Source: an uncultured virus (IMG/VR IMGVR_UViG_3300010226_000003)
Lineage: Duplodnaviria > Heunggongvirae > Uroviricota > Caudoviricetes
Direction: 5' to 3' (one strand)
Virus record (IMG/VR): IMGVR_UViG_3300010226_000003
DNA: 64,000 bases
The number at the start of each line of letters is the position of its first letter. Position 1 is the first letter of the stretch. The position numbers were made by a program, and so were the translations under genes. Shown piece by piece: positions 1-10,900 of this stretch. The notes beneath the pieces are model-generated. The model did no database searches, was not told the origin of the DNA, and saw only the letters and a program-made list of their open reading frames with translations.

Positions 1-917
1 CGCTGAGTAGGATTAGCTGACTTTGCATTGTCGGTAAAGAGCTGGTGATAGTCACAGATCACAATGTCTGGCCTGTGCTGCTCAATCTTGCCCTGTACGA
101 CGTTAGGAGTTACATCACCAATTCCCTCGTTAGAGACAATGGTGAATGCTGGGGTGTCGGTTAGCTTCTTCTTTCCCCACTCGCGGAAGTTATCAATGTT
201 GATCTGACCACGAGCGAAGTCAGTAGCTGAGAATAGACCAGACGCCATCATTGTGTAGAGTCGGTCACGCATATTCTCAGGACTCATCTCAAGAGAGACG
301 ATCATAGGCTTATAGCCCTGGAGCCATGCCTGAATAGCAAGATATGATGTAAACCACGTCTTACCACGTCCTGGCCAACCGATAGCCACGATAAAGTGAC
401 CACCAGCCATACCCGTAGGATAGGCTGCATCGATTGCTTTAATGTTCGTCTTGATACCGACTGCACCCGTTACCGCCGCCTTTTCCTTGACGGTTAGAAG
501 GTGCCTCTCGGCCTGCTCATAGTCAGTGATATCAAGGTCACGAACGTTGTTGGTGAATCGACCCAGATTGCCTAGCTCTTGCATTAGCTTGTCAAGAACC
601 TGAGCAGGCGCGTACTTGTCGAGCGCTCCCATACCCTTCTGCATGATCTCGTCCATGCGAGAGTACAGGAATTCTGACTTTAGTTCTTCCAGATAGAAGG
701 CAGGTTCGGCGTCAGCCTGCACTGCCTCTAGCTGCTTGAACTTATCAGTCAGAACTGTGATGTCCGGGATGGACTTGTACTGCATGTAATACTGACGCAT
801 TGAGATCCACACGTCCCGGAAAGGACCGAATAGATCATCAACGTTGTCCGCCATTAGTGGAGCAATCTGCTTTGTAGTGCAGACTGAATTAATTAGCTTC
901 TCCGCTGTTGTTGGCAC
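1..917 (-). CDS. dnaB: DnaB-like replicative helicase (3' end outside window)
   Basis: Hand translation from GTG at 917 (GGAGG upstream): MPTTAEKLINSV..., Walker A VAIGWPGRGKTW, VSLEMS, Walker B DIVICDYHQL. Not in ORF track because it is truncated. Confidence 0.9.
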   Translation of the reverse strand, partial: MPTTAEKLINSVCTTKQIAPLMADNVDDLFGPFRDVWISMRQYYMQYKSIPDITVLTDKFKQLEAVQADAEPAFYLEELKSEFLYSRMDEIMQKGMGALDKYAPAQVLDKLMQELGNLGRFTNNVRDLDITDYEQAERHLLTVKEKAAVTGAVGIKTNIKAIDAAYPTGMAGGHFIVAIGWPGRGKTWFTSYLAIQAWLQGYKPMIVSLEMSPENMRDRLYTMMASGLFSATDFARGQINIDNFREWGKKKLTDTPAFTIVSNEGIGDVTPNVVQGKIEQHRPDIVICDYHQLFTDNAKSANPTQ

Positions 918-1236
918 GTTCCTCCATCCTTCGAACTCGCTCGGCTGTCTCAGCCATGATCTGCTTGCGCTTCTCTACGTCCTTAATCAAATCCAGACGC
1001 ATCTTGTTAAGTTCCATATACCTGTTGAAGAAGGTGTCTACACTATGTCCATTTGCATCGCAAGTGAAGTAGTATTCAAGGACTTCCCTCAGCACCGGGT
1101 ATTTTAGGTCGTTCATCGCTGTCATAAAACCCCACTGAGCTGAATAGGAGTTTACGGATGATTCAATCCCGTAGCGCTCCTTATACAGCTTCTTGTAAAG
1201 TGAAATGAGAGCGTGTGCTTGCTGTCTCTGATTCAC
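889..1236 (-). CDS. hypothetical protein (possible helicase partner)
   Basis: 115-aa ORF overlapping the helicase start, operon-like packing. Confidence 0.7.
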   Translation of the reverse strand: MNQRQQAHALISLYKKLYKERYGIESSVNSYSAQWGFMTAMNDLKYPVLREVLEYYFTCDANGHSVDTFFNRYMELNKMRLDLIKDVEKRKQIMAETAERVRRMEERANNSGEAN

Positions 1237-1433
1237 CTGTCCTCCAGAGCATCAACAATCTTCGTCAGTCTTTCGAAGAAGCTTCCTAGAACATCGTCTG
1301 AAACTCGCTTAAGACCTTCTTCCACCGTTTCGCCTGGTAGAAGCTCAGTCTCAGCTCCAGCAGTGATGTCTACGTTCTGGAAGTTTCCGAGATTGTGCTT
1401 ATACGTGATACCCCAGTTTACCTTTTCACTCAT
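1233..1433 (-). CDS. hypothetical protein
   Basis: MSEKVNWGITYKHNLGNFQNV..., GGAGG upstream, overlaps neighbours. Confidence 0.7.
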   Translation of the reverse strand: MSEKVNWGITYKHNLGNFQNVDITAGAETELLPGETVEEGLKRVSDDVLGSFFERLTKIVDALEDR

Positions 1434-1710
1434 TGTATTCTTCGTCCTCCTCCCCGATCTCGCTCGTTGTTGAGAAACCAAATGGACGGCGTTCGCCTTC
1501 TAGCACGTCATCGCCGTCCTCGTCATCATCGTACACTAGTCGCCCGCTGATATCAACCCACATGGCAGCGACCTTGAGCAGTGCATCTGAGTCTCTAGAC
1601 TCTACCGCAAACGCAGCCGCTACGTCAAGAGCGTTAGCAGCTTGGATGATCGCTACACCGGGATTTACTCGGTCACCAAAAGGTGTGTACTTGGCCTTAG
1701 TAGTTGCCAT
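1426..1710 (-). CDS. hypothetical protein, acidic C-terminus
   Basis: 94-aa ORF in tightly packed operon. Confidence 0.7.
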   Translation of the reverse strand: MATTKAKYTPFGDRVNPGVAIIQAANALDVAAAFAVESRDSDALLKVAAMWVDISGRLVYDDDEDGDDVLEGERRPFGFSTTSEIGEEDEEYNE

Positions 1711-1713
1711 TGC

Positions 1714-2271
1714 TTACCAATCTTTTGCCTGCCACACTGGTGTAAATCCACCATCACGGGTCTTTGTGTATAGAACCACCTCATTGCGCATCATTGCTAT
1801 CAATTCTGCCTTTGACGGTAGGTTCGTTCTCACTGGCTGACCATCATTTCTTGGCCTGCCGGGTCCATGATTCAACATCATATCATGAAGATCAAGGATG
1901 TCCTGCTCAGTCCACAAGTATAGACCAGCCTTGCCCTGTCCGTCAAGAGAGTAGGTTAGGTATGGTCGCTTGATCAATCCATTTCTAATGTAACTGATCA
2001 TAGACTCTCTTGTCCTGCCGACCATTTCTTCCACCTGCTTAGTGAAGAATGCCTTTTCCATATTCTTTCTTGCGACGGATAGCACATAGGCTACTCGCTT
2101 CTTCTCTGGATAATTCCATGCAATGAGAATGTCAGCCGCATGATTGACTTGGAGTTTCTTATGAGCTTGACCATCGAGAAAGAAATACAGGCTAGGGTTC
2201 TTTTGTCCCCTTCTGCTGCCTGGCTTATCTCCCAATGTTTCCTCCAAAGTAAAATCCCCTGCGCATTCCAC
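1714..2271 (-). CDS. MerR-like helix-turn-helix DNA-binding protein
   Basis: FFTKQVEEMVGRTRESMISYIRNGLIKRP...YLWTEQDI resembles a MerR wHTH; true start may be somewhat downstream. Confidence 0.6.
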   Translation of the reverse strand: MECAGDFTLEETLGDKPGSRRGQKNPSLYFFLDGQAHKKLQVNHAADILIAWNYPEKKRVAYVLSVARKNMEKAFFTKQVEEMVGRTRESMISYIRNGLIKRPYLTYSLDGQGKAGLYLWTEQDILDLHDMMLNHGPGRPRNDGQPVRTNLPSKAELIAMMRNEVVLYTKTRDGGFTPVWQAKDW

Positions 2272-2310
2272 GCAGGGGAAGTGCTATGTAGAGTATAGCA
2301 TCCTTCGCTG

Positions 2311-2490
2311 TCACCGGGCAAACTGAGTAGAGTAGTTCTTCTCTCTACTGATCAGCCATGCCGCAAGCTTATTCTTGGTCTTATCAAGCATCCATCGAGC
2401 ACCGCATTCAATACATGCTAGCTCTAGGTGATTCTTTTCAGAATACACTCTGTCGATGAATACCCTACCACCACACTTAGTATGATTCAA
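2311..2490 (-). CDS. small zinc-ribbon protein
   Basis: TTG start, HTKCGGRVFIDR...LACIECGARW. Confidence 0.6.
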   Translation of the reverse strand: MNHTKCGGRVFIDRVYSEKNHLELACIECGARWMLDKTKNKLAAWLISREKNYSTQFAR

Positions 2491-2728
2491 CGCCTGGTAC
2501 CTTTTCCTTTGTGTCAACCACAAGGGACGCGCTCTCAGAGCTACCGACACCAGCAGAACCAACGGAAGTTAGCAGTGATACGAGGGCAGCTAGACCAGCG
2601 GTACCGGCAGCCTGTACCCAGCTTACATCAAACAGAGATGTGCTGACTGCCATAATGGCAACTGCGGACTGAGCAAAAGTCTTCACCGCACGCTCAAAAG
2701 CGTCCTTCCAGAACTTACTTGTCTTCAA
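2477..2728 (-). CDS. holin (r1t-like, 2 TM)
   Basis: FWKDAFERAVKTFAQSAVA...AGLAALVSLLTS signature; own TTGACA-N17-TATAAT promoter and GGAGG RBS. Confidence 0.85.
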   Translation of the reverse strand: MKTSKFWKDAFERAVKTFAQSAVAIMAVSTSLFDVSWVQAAGTAGLAALVSLLTSVGSAGVGSSESASLVVDTKEKVPGVESY

Positions 2729-2778
2729 GATTTAACCTCCCTTGCTTTTTCTTTCATTATAGCATGGGAGATTTTATG

Positions 2779-3540
2779 TCAACCCCGGAAAATCTTAGTT
2801 CCGATCTTACAAGTGTAGTTGATGATGGGAACGAGGTCAATGAAGACTTCGCCTGTTGAGGCTACTACTCCATATGCGAATCCTGGCTGCCAGTTCCTTG
2901 TACGATCATAGTCCATTTGGGCAACGTCGCACATGTGACCGATCTCAAATCCACGCCGGGTTTCTCCAGTGAGATCAAAAGTTCTATTGTACACACCCAT
3001 TCGATGGGAGTGACCACGAACTAGAGAAACACCCCATGCTTCTACGTCATTTCTGACGGATTCACCAGCATGCTTTGAAATGCTTTCGCCGTGGTGGACA
3101 TAAATGTCGCCATAGCGCTTTACAGCCTGATCACCGTAATTGTGCCACGTGAATCCAGACTTGCTGTATTCGTAAAGAACCTCTGGACTGTACACTCCAT
3201 CAGTAACAGTATATGGAGCATTCTTGTCCAGCCACTTCACGTGACGATACCAACCATGATTTCCATCATGGAAATGCTTGTCGGCATTTGGGGCTAGTTC
3301 ATGAATGTCCGCAAGGAATGAGCGAGTGAGCTGAATACCAGGGTAGTTTAGACTAAAGCCCTCCTTGGAAGTGCCTTCTACCCACCGGCTGGTTTCCTCA
3401 GCATCATCGATGTCACCAGGAAGATCGACCGCTCCAGGCTTGAGGTACTTTAGCACGTCAAACCACAGAGACACCATTCGCTGATCATGGTGAGGGAAGT
3501 GAATGTCTGATGCGAACAGCCATGTCATATCTTTGGACAT
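2779..3540 (-). CDS. calcineurin-like metallophosphoesterase
   Basis: SDIHFP, GDIDD, GNH, HHGE and GHSHR motifs. Confidence 0.85.
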   Translation of the reverse strand: MSKDMTWLFASDIHFPHHDQRMVSLWFDVLKYLKPGAVDLPGDIDDAEETSRWVEGTSKEGFSLNYPGIQLTRSFLADIHELAPNADKHFHDGNHGWYRHVKWLDKNAPYTVTDGVYSPEVLYEYSKSGFTWHNYGDQAVKRYGDIYVHHGESISKHAGESVRNDVEAWGVSLVRGHSHRMGVYNRTFDLTGETRRGFEIGHMCDVAQMDYDRTRNWQPGFAYGVVASTGEVFIDLVPIINYTCKIGTKIFRG

Positions 3541-3580
3541 ACTTGTTCCTTTCGTTGTTTTGATCAACACTAACAGTTCG

Positions 3581-3865
3581 TCAGCGTCTTGTCAAGGCAA
3601 GGTGTTCTGCACGGTTGAGACGGTTGTGCTCCTCCCATGTGCATAGGAACAAGTTCCTCCATGTGTTATCTGTCTTACAGCCTATGTGATGTACTGTTTC
3701 ATCAGACTTTAACATCCTCCTGAGCCGGGCCTCAAACACCATTCGATGTTCATAGTACCATCCTCCATTGAAACTCTTTGGATGCTCTGGTGTCCAAATG
3801 AGTACGTACCCATCTTCGGATAGCAATCTCTTTCGATTATGCCAATTTCTGATAGGTACGTACAT
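3581..3865 (-). CDS. HNH endonuclease
   Basis: YEHRMV...VHHIGCKTDNTWRNL...EHNRL. Confidence 0.8.
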   Translation of the reverse strand: MYVPIRNWHNRKRLLSEDGYVLIWTPEHPKSFNGGWYYEHRMVFEARLRRMLKSDETVHHIGCKTDNTWRNLFLCTWEEHNRLNRAEHLALTRR

Positions 3866-4305
3866 CAGTATCCAAGAGCAAGGAAGTGAACGTTGACACC
3901 GTAATGGAAATAGTTGCTCTTTGAGCTAAGTTCATCAGAGTCTACCACCGCTGTGAATCCTCGGTGGTCCGGCCAGTATTCTCCTCGAACACCACGAATG
4001 ATGCAATGGATTCTGGACTGCTTCTGAATTACCTGACTCGTTACAACAATAGGCTTGCATCCTACTGAGAAGAAGTTACCAAAATAGACTTCCTTCTCGT
4101 AGTGACGACCCTTTCCACCCTTGATGTATACGTAGCCTCCCATGATCTTCAAACCAGAAGTCTTCTTGATTCCGTGAGCATTGTAGAATGCGACAGGCTG
4201 ATTCTCAAAAATGTACTGATCGTTGCTGCACATCTGATTAAGCTTCTCACGGGTAATCTGTTCGCCTAGACTCCAGCTTGTAGGCTTGTAGGGGGTAGTT
4301 GCCAA
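3865..4305 (-). CDS. hypothetical, probable minor tail-associated protein
   Basis: 146 aa, WSLGEQITREKLNQM N-terminus typical of tail-fibre-associated proteins; location. Confidence 0.55.
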   Translation of the reverse strand: MATTPYKPTSWSLGEQITREKLNQMCSNDQYIFENQPVAFYNAHGIKKTSGLKIMGGYVYIKGGKGRHYEKEVYFGNFFSVGCKPIVVTSQVIQKQSRIHCIIRGVRGEYWPDHRGFTAVVDSDELSSKSNYFHYGVNVHFLALGY

Positions 4306-4712
4306 GTTATCTTCTCTCCTTCCTTATGTAGAGCTATTTCACTAGAAGGAGCTTCAATCATCTTGTCCTTCGGAAATAGCATGACATCAAAGAAGTCAGG
4401 AGAATCGATAAGTCTTCTAAGGTTCTCTGATATCAGATACATTTTACCATTGGACATATCCTTAACCAAAGTTCCCTGACGGAATCCTAGCTTACCACCG
4501 ATCTTATGACGAGACAATGCAGCTTCGCTTGACTTCAAGATGTATGGAAATCCCCAGCTATCGAGAATGCGCATGCTGGTAATGCGATACCTGAACTTGC
4601 CCTTGATGTAGAATAGACCATTCTCAGTCTGAACACAAGTACCCGTAGGATAATCTACGGGTACTTGTGGGGCAATTTGAGGCTTAGCCTTCCTTCGCCA
4701 CAGTCTCATCAA
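4266..4712 (-). CDS. hypothetical protein with two internal repeats
   Basis: PTGTCVQTENGLFYI / RQGTLVKDMSNGKMYLI repeats. Confidence 0.65.
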   Translation of the reverse strand: MMRLWRRKAKPQIAPQVPVDYPTGTCVQTENGLFYIKGKFRYRITSMRILDSWGFPYILKSSEAALSRHKIGGKLGFRQGTLVKDMSNGKMYLISENLRRLIDSPDFFDVMLFPKDKMIEAPSSEIALHKEGEKITWQLPPTSLQAGV

Positions 4713-4884
4713 GCTTGGCCTTTAGTTCTGTATTCTCCTTGCGGAGCGCTTCTTGCTGATCGTTCATCTCTTGCACGGCAATGGTGAAGTCAGCTCTAAG
4801 GTCCGCGATCTTCTCTTCATACTCAGCAGTAATTTGAGCGATACGTTCCTTAATAGCTAGAAACTTAAGTGTTTCCTTATTCAT
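4684..4884 (-). CDS. coiled-coil hypothetical protein
   Basis: MNKETLK..., heptad pattern. Confidence 0.65.
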   Translation of the reverse strand: MNKETLKFLAIKERIAQITAEYEEKIADLRADFTIAVQEMNDQQEALRKENTELKAKLDETVAKEG

Positions 4885-4958
4885 CAATTTATTATTTTCC
4901 TCTTTCTTCTCCAAGTATAATCACTGTAACTCAAGTCAGCCGAGCTGTCAAGTCGAGA

Positions 4959-7900
4959 TCATCCCTTGTGGTAGAGAGTGATCTTTCCGTATGAAGATCC
5001 AGATCCTACACCGTACATTACTGCGTAGTCACCGGTTCCACTTCCATAAACACCGAATCCTTCAATTCTATTTGCAGCAGTTGCGTCAACAATATTGTTG
5101 TACCAGCTTGATGGAATCGTTACTGTTGCTGCCTCTCCTCTTGATAGAAATACAATGTCATCTCCGTCTGAACCTTCATTGGTCATACCTCCAACAGGGT
5201 CACCAGATGGCTTAGTCTGATAGATATGACCTCTAAGGTTAATTCCTACTCCAGTGTTGTTACCATGTGCGGTAGACATTCTCTTGAGGTAGATGGTAGC
5301 CTTTGTAGGAGTTCTTACTACACCACCAGCATTTAGAGCATCGTAGATCTTTGTTCCGTAGAAGTAAAGACCTCTGTGATTGTCATTTCCTGTCCAGTCA
5401 CCCTGGTAAACATCGTCACCGTCGTTTCTCCACATACCACCATATCCAAGACGGTAGGAGTCTGAGGAGTTAGCAGTAACAGTTACTGGTGAAGCAAGTA
5501 GGTATCGTGAAGCAGATACGTACGTAGAGTGGTTTCCGCTTGAGTCATAAGAAACAACTCGGTAGTAGATCGTCTTATTCACTGGTAGACCTGAGTGGTC
5601 GTACTGCTTTGCAGCGCTTGCACCGCCCGTTACGGTAATAATCTTTCCATCTGTGGTCAGAGTCTTAGTACCGCTTCCTGCAATTGTTACAGTAGGATAT
5701 CTGTCGCTTCTCCAGATAACCTTGACACCGGCCGTGTCTGATGCTGATGGATTGGTCCAGTTCAAACGATATGTACCAGTTGTTGTGCTAGAAGTCAAGG
5801 CAGTGATCTTGAATCCGGTTGGCGCGCTAGGAGCCGTCGTGTCTCCAGTTGGAGTTGTAGTTGTTGCATCTGGAGCCGTGCTGAATGAAAGGCCGTCTAG
5901 AAGCAAGAATGTTCTTGTCGTGGCAGTACCATCAGTTGCATACCAGAAACAACCACCTGATGTGTTAATAACAACAACACAAGAAAGGGCTGATGACACA
6001 TCATTATAACCCACTGTTGGAAGATAAACAGTCTTTGCTGGTCTGAATCCGGAGGGCAAAGTTGCAAAATACTGGGATGATGTTGCTCCCTTGATAGCAG
6101 TTCCCAGCAATCCTCTTAGATATACATTTCCATTGCTAGTCCAGTATGACGGTGTGTAGGCACCAGAAACTACTGTGTAACCATTTGTCAAAGTCATGTT
6201 CGCCCATGGAGGAGTTCCGTCAACATCGAGGTGTCCGTAAACACGAACATTTCGACTAGTCATCATATCTGCGTCATCATCGGCGTAGCTAGACATAACA
6301 AATTGTCCATTGGCATTTGTAAGAACCCAACGACCTGGATATACAGCGTCATTCATTCCATAGAATCTGATTCCATGTTCTTCCGCACCGGCTGGAGAGA
6401 AGTTGGTTAGCTGTGTGCTGGCTCGGTTACCATTTGAATCAGTGTAGTTAACCATTCTGACTGCACCGGTTCCACCTTCGGACTGTAGAATAATTCCTGG
6501 GTAGAATGGCGTATCAGGACGACCACCGACTGTTGCTCCCCATACATTATCTGGAAGATCAAGCTCAGACTTTGAAACGATGATTCCACCATTAGACTTT
6601 ACGTAGTCAGACTGGAGCATGATTCTGCTTCCTGATGCTGTACGGAAGTCTGTCCTTGTTCCCATTTCAAGCTGCACGTCATCGACATATACAATGTCAC
6701 CAGTTGCACCATTGAACCATGAGAATGAGAATTCAACAGAGTAGCAGGTATCAGGGATAACAATTGGTGAGATGAATGAGAAGTTTACCCATGCTGTATT
6801 GGTTACTGCCTTTTCAATGAAATATCCTTGAATCATTGCACCGGCCTCGTCCATGAACTTAACAACAAGTCGGACGTTTCTGCCCGTGGCAGTACCCATC
6901 ATTGCATAACCAGTAACTGTTACCTTCTGTCCGATGAGTTCCTGATTAGTAAGAGTTGATACTGAATACTTACCAAGAAGCTCAGTTGTTGCCGGGCTGG
7001 AAATAGTTCCAGTTGCAGTGATCTTTAGTGAATTGGTGTCCTCTCTACCAACAGTTGTCTCTTGTGTCAGAGCTGTATTTGCCATTCCAGACCATCCAGT
7101 GATGCCGTCTTCGAATGTTGCATCGTAGATGTAGTTTGGATTTCTGTCATAAAGACCTACAAATACGCTTCCGTAATTTGCATTCTTGTTGATCAGAGGA
7201 GGAGCAATTCTCAAATGTGAAGCGTCGTTCCAGTCACCATCCATTACGTGACCGATCATTCCTGGAAGCTGCTCATCGACCTCTCCAGCGTAGAATCTGA
7301 TTGCGTGGTCGAAGATTGATCCCTGAATGTTTTCAACAGAGCCAGCCTTTTCACCATTTACATCGGTGGTTGCAACCTTTGCTGGAGCACCATTTTCATA
7401 TGCCTCAATTGAGAACTGGTCAAGCTGAGCAATAGATCCAGCAGCAACATCCCATTCCACATAAGGAACAAGATAACGAACTGCCTGATTAAGTGACGCT
7501 GGATCGTATGGGTCATTGTGCTGGCCTTGAGTTCCCAATACGCCAGTCGTTCCAGCTCCACCACGACCACGGACATATCCAGTTACAGTAATCCAGTCAG
7601 AAGTTGTAGCTGAGCTACCAGTAGCGACCTGCACCTCAGTATTGTTTTGAACAAGCATATACTGATTCGCAGCATATCCAGAAAGAAGGCTGTAATCAGT
7701 AGGCATTGTGTGCTTCTTTGTAGGAGTAGTCGCATCGTCTACATAATCCCAGTCGATGATGTTGCTGTTGTTGTCGAATCCGAATAGACCCACCTTGATG
7801 CGTGGTGGAGTGGTTACAGTTACATCATCAAACCAACCCTGAATTCCTGCCACCGGGCTTCCTGAAATACCGGCCTGAATTTCAAAGCTAGCGGTTACAG

Positions 7901-10900
7901 CTCCAACAGGAGCCACACCGACAGATGAGAACTGAGACCAAGTTACTCCATCAATTGGAATTACCACACCGTTTGTGTCAACTGGAGCAGGCATGTCATT
8001 GAAGGTTGTACTAATGGTTGCATTTGCAGCGTCCTTCCACACAATGTTCATCTTTAGATTGTCTCTGATGATTGTGTTGTTTGGGAGCATTCGAGCTGAG
8101 AATGTGTAGCTATATCCTGGCTTTACATTGACAACTGTTCCCATTCCGTATACACCATTTGAGGAACCAACCTGATCCCATCGGACAGATGCCGTTCCTG
8201 TGAACTTCTTGGTGGTGTCTCGCGTAATGCTGTTTGTACCGTAGGCGAACCATCCAGTCGTGTTTGTTTCAAATCCTGAGTTGCTGTTCAGGGTCGCTAC
8301 GGAGTACGCACGGATACGCGCGGAGATACGGTAGAGAATGGTTGGGTCGTAAGCAACCTTGGTAACACCAGTTGCATTTCTCAGAACTAGGCCAGGACCA
8401 CTGAATTCAAATAGTGATTCAGCAGAGTACGCACCAGGGTCAGTCTTCTGAGTTACAGAACCATACGTGAGCCAAAGAGTTCCGTCCTGCATGTAGTCGA
8501 ACAACTTGGCATAAGTGTTGTTCTGCATTGGTGAGTCAAGCGCAGTTACCTTGATTGAGTTGACAGCAAGGTTACGGAATTCAGCATATCCGTCATTACG
8601 AATGATCCATCCAGATGTACCAGCAGAATAGTTGGCTGAGTGGATTCGGCTATTTACACCATCACCAGTTGGATTAGTTGGGTCACCGACGACAATACGT
8701 CCTCGAACTGTGGCATCACCAAATTGGGCACCACCAGTCATGTTAATTGACCATGCTGGCTGCCCTGAAAGACCATTTGCCAAAGCGGTTGAACGAATTT
8801 CACCAGTACGGATGATTCCACCATCAATGGTTGTGTAGCTTGGTGCTCTCCATGGAGATGGAGTTGTCAAGCTGGTGAGCTTTCGCTCAATCTGCAAACC
8901 ATCGAAGTACACGGTTCCAGTTGTGTAAAGGCTCAAGTAGGTAAGGAAGCTAGTGTTATTTCCTGTGTTAAATGTACCTGAGATTCTGGTCCATGTGCTA
9001 TTTGCCGTAATTGTAGGAGTGGCACCAGGCTGTACGAATGTACCGTCTGCTAGCTTGACTGCAAGACCGACCACCTTGTTTCCAGAACCAGTAAGATTCA
9101 AGACATAGGCAGAGAAGATGTAGTCAGTATTTGGCTCACATAGAGTGTTGTAATCAGTTGATGTAGCTGCCTGATAAACTCTGGAGAACGTTCCTCCACC
9201 GGTCCATGTGTGCTTGAGAGCCTGAGTTCCGAACTTAGAAGCAGGAATTTCAGGAGCAGTTGCAATTGCCCATGAAGTCGTTCCGCCGTCGTTGAAGGTG
9301 AAATGCTTTCCAGTATAGAAAGTTGTCTGGAATTCGTAATCAGCAAACTGAGGAAGAACGATGTTTGGAGCATCCTGTAGCTGCAATGCGGCAGCCTTGA
9401 TTGTTCCACCATTGATTTCAAGAGCGGTATTGGATAGCTGGTATCCGCTCGTTCCTGCTACGTAGTTGGTTGACTTGATTACACCACCAGTATCTACTGT
9501 CAGAGCTGACTTGATAAGAAGATCATTGATGATACCAGTACCGGCTGTGATCTTGTTTGCATCAAGGTTATTGATCTTGGCAGACGTGATCGTAGCATCG
9601 GCAATGTTTGTATTGACAATCAGACCGATGGTTACGGCAGCTACCGCAGAAGCAGAAGACTTTAGTCCTCCACGGTCAACGGCAATGACTCGTACCCACT
9701 TACCGGTTGTGGAGTCTGTAACGGCCACAGGGAAAACTTCGGAAACGAATGTGCTACCTGGCTCGACCTGCAATTGTCCAATTAGTGTGGAGTCGCTTGC
9801 GGTGAAGGTAGAAGTCGTTCCTAGGTGTACCTCAAGATAGGCAACGTCAGCTTCAAGACGACCAGTCGTAGACTTCTGCAATGCGTGATTAACCTGTAGC
9901 TGCAAGGAACCTGTTGAAGCAGTAGGAGCCGCAGGAGTAGATGGTGCAGTATTCGCCGCCGTCGCATTTACAGCAGTTGAGAATGCTGATCTATTTGTGC
10001 TTCGGTCAAATGACTGGACTGAGAAATTGTACTGAACACCTACAACTAGACCACCAATTGTGATTGAAGTTGTTCCCACTGGAACGTTTACATAGTCGTA
10101 AGTCGTTGAAGCGTTCTGCTTGTATCGTACAACATATCCTGCTAGGTCAGTATCAGATGGAGCAGTCCATGAAACGGCAGCAGTAGCAAATGCAGAATCA
10201 TTGGTATCAGTTGCCATTGTTGCAGCAAGACCGGTTGGGACACCTGGAGCAGTCGTATCGACATCAGTTGGTGAAATTGGGGTCGCTGAAACAGTGACGT
10301 AGTTTGAAATGCTATCGAATACGTCACGTGATCTAATCTTGAAGTAGTGGATAACTCCCAGAGAGCTTGAATCATATACGACGGTGTTTCCGGTTCCGCT
10401 GTAGATTCTGTTGCTGGTTGTTGGCGTAAATCCAGATCCAGAAGTGCTCATGTATACGTCATAGGCAGCAAGGTCATCGATTGACTGAACATCCCAGCGC
10501 ATACTTACACCGCCCACAATTCCAGCAGCAACTACACCTGTTGGATCAGGTGGTGGTGGATTAGTGGCGGATACAGTTGAAGATGCGTCTGAGAAGTTTC
10601 CTGTGGTGTCCACAGCAAATACGGTAATTGATAGGGTGGCCTGTGGAGTACCGAAGAATGCCTTATTCGTTTCGAACGGAAGATCGTAGAAGTTGTTAGT
10701 TGTCCTAACATCCTTGTAGGTCACACCGCTCTGAATTCTGACAATGTAATGAGAGAAGTCTAGGAGAGGTGATGCATCTTCGTTCTGAGTTACTGCATCC
10801 CACTTACCAGAGAATGCACTTCTATTGACAACCCATGTGACATTCTGCACCGGGGCTGGCGCTAGAGTATCAGTTACGGTTGTCATAGGGAATACTCGAC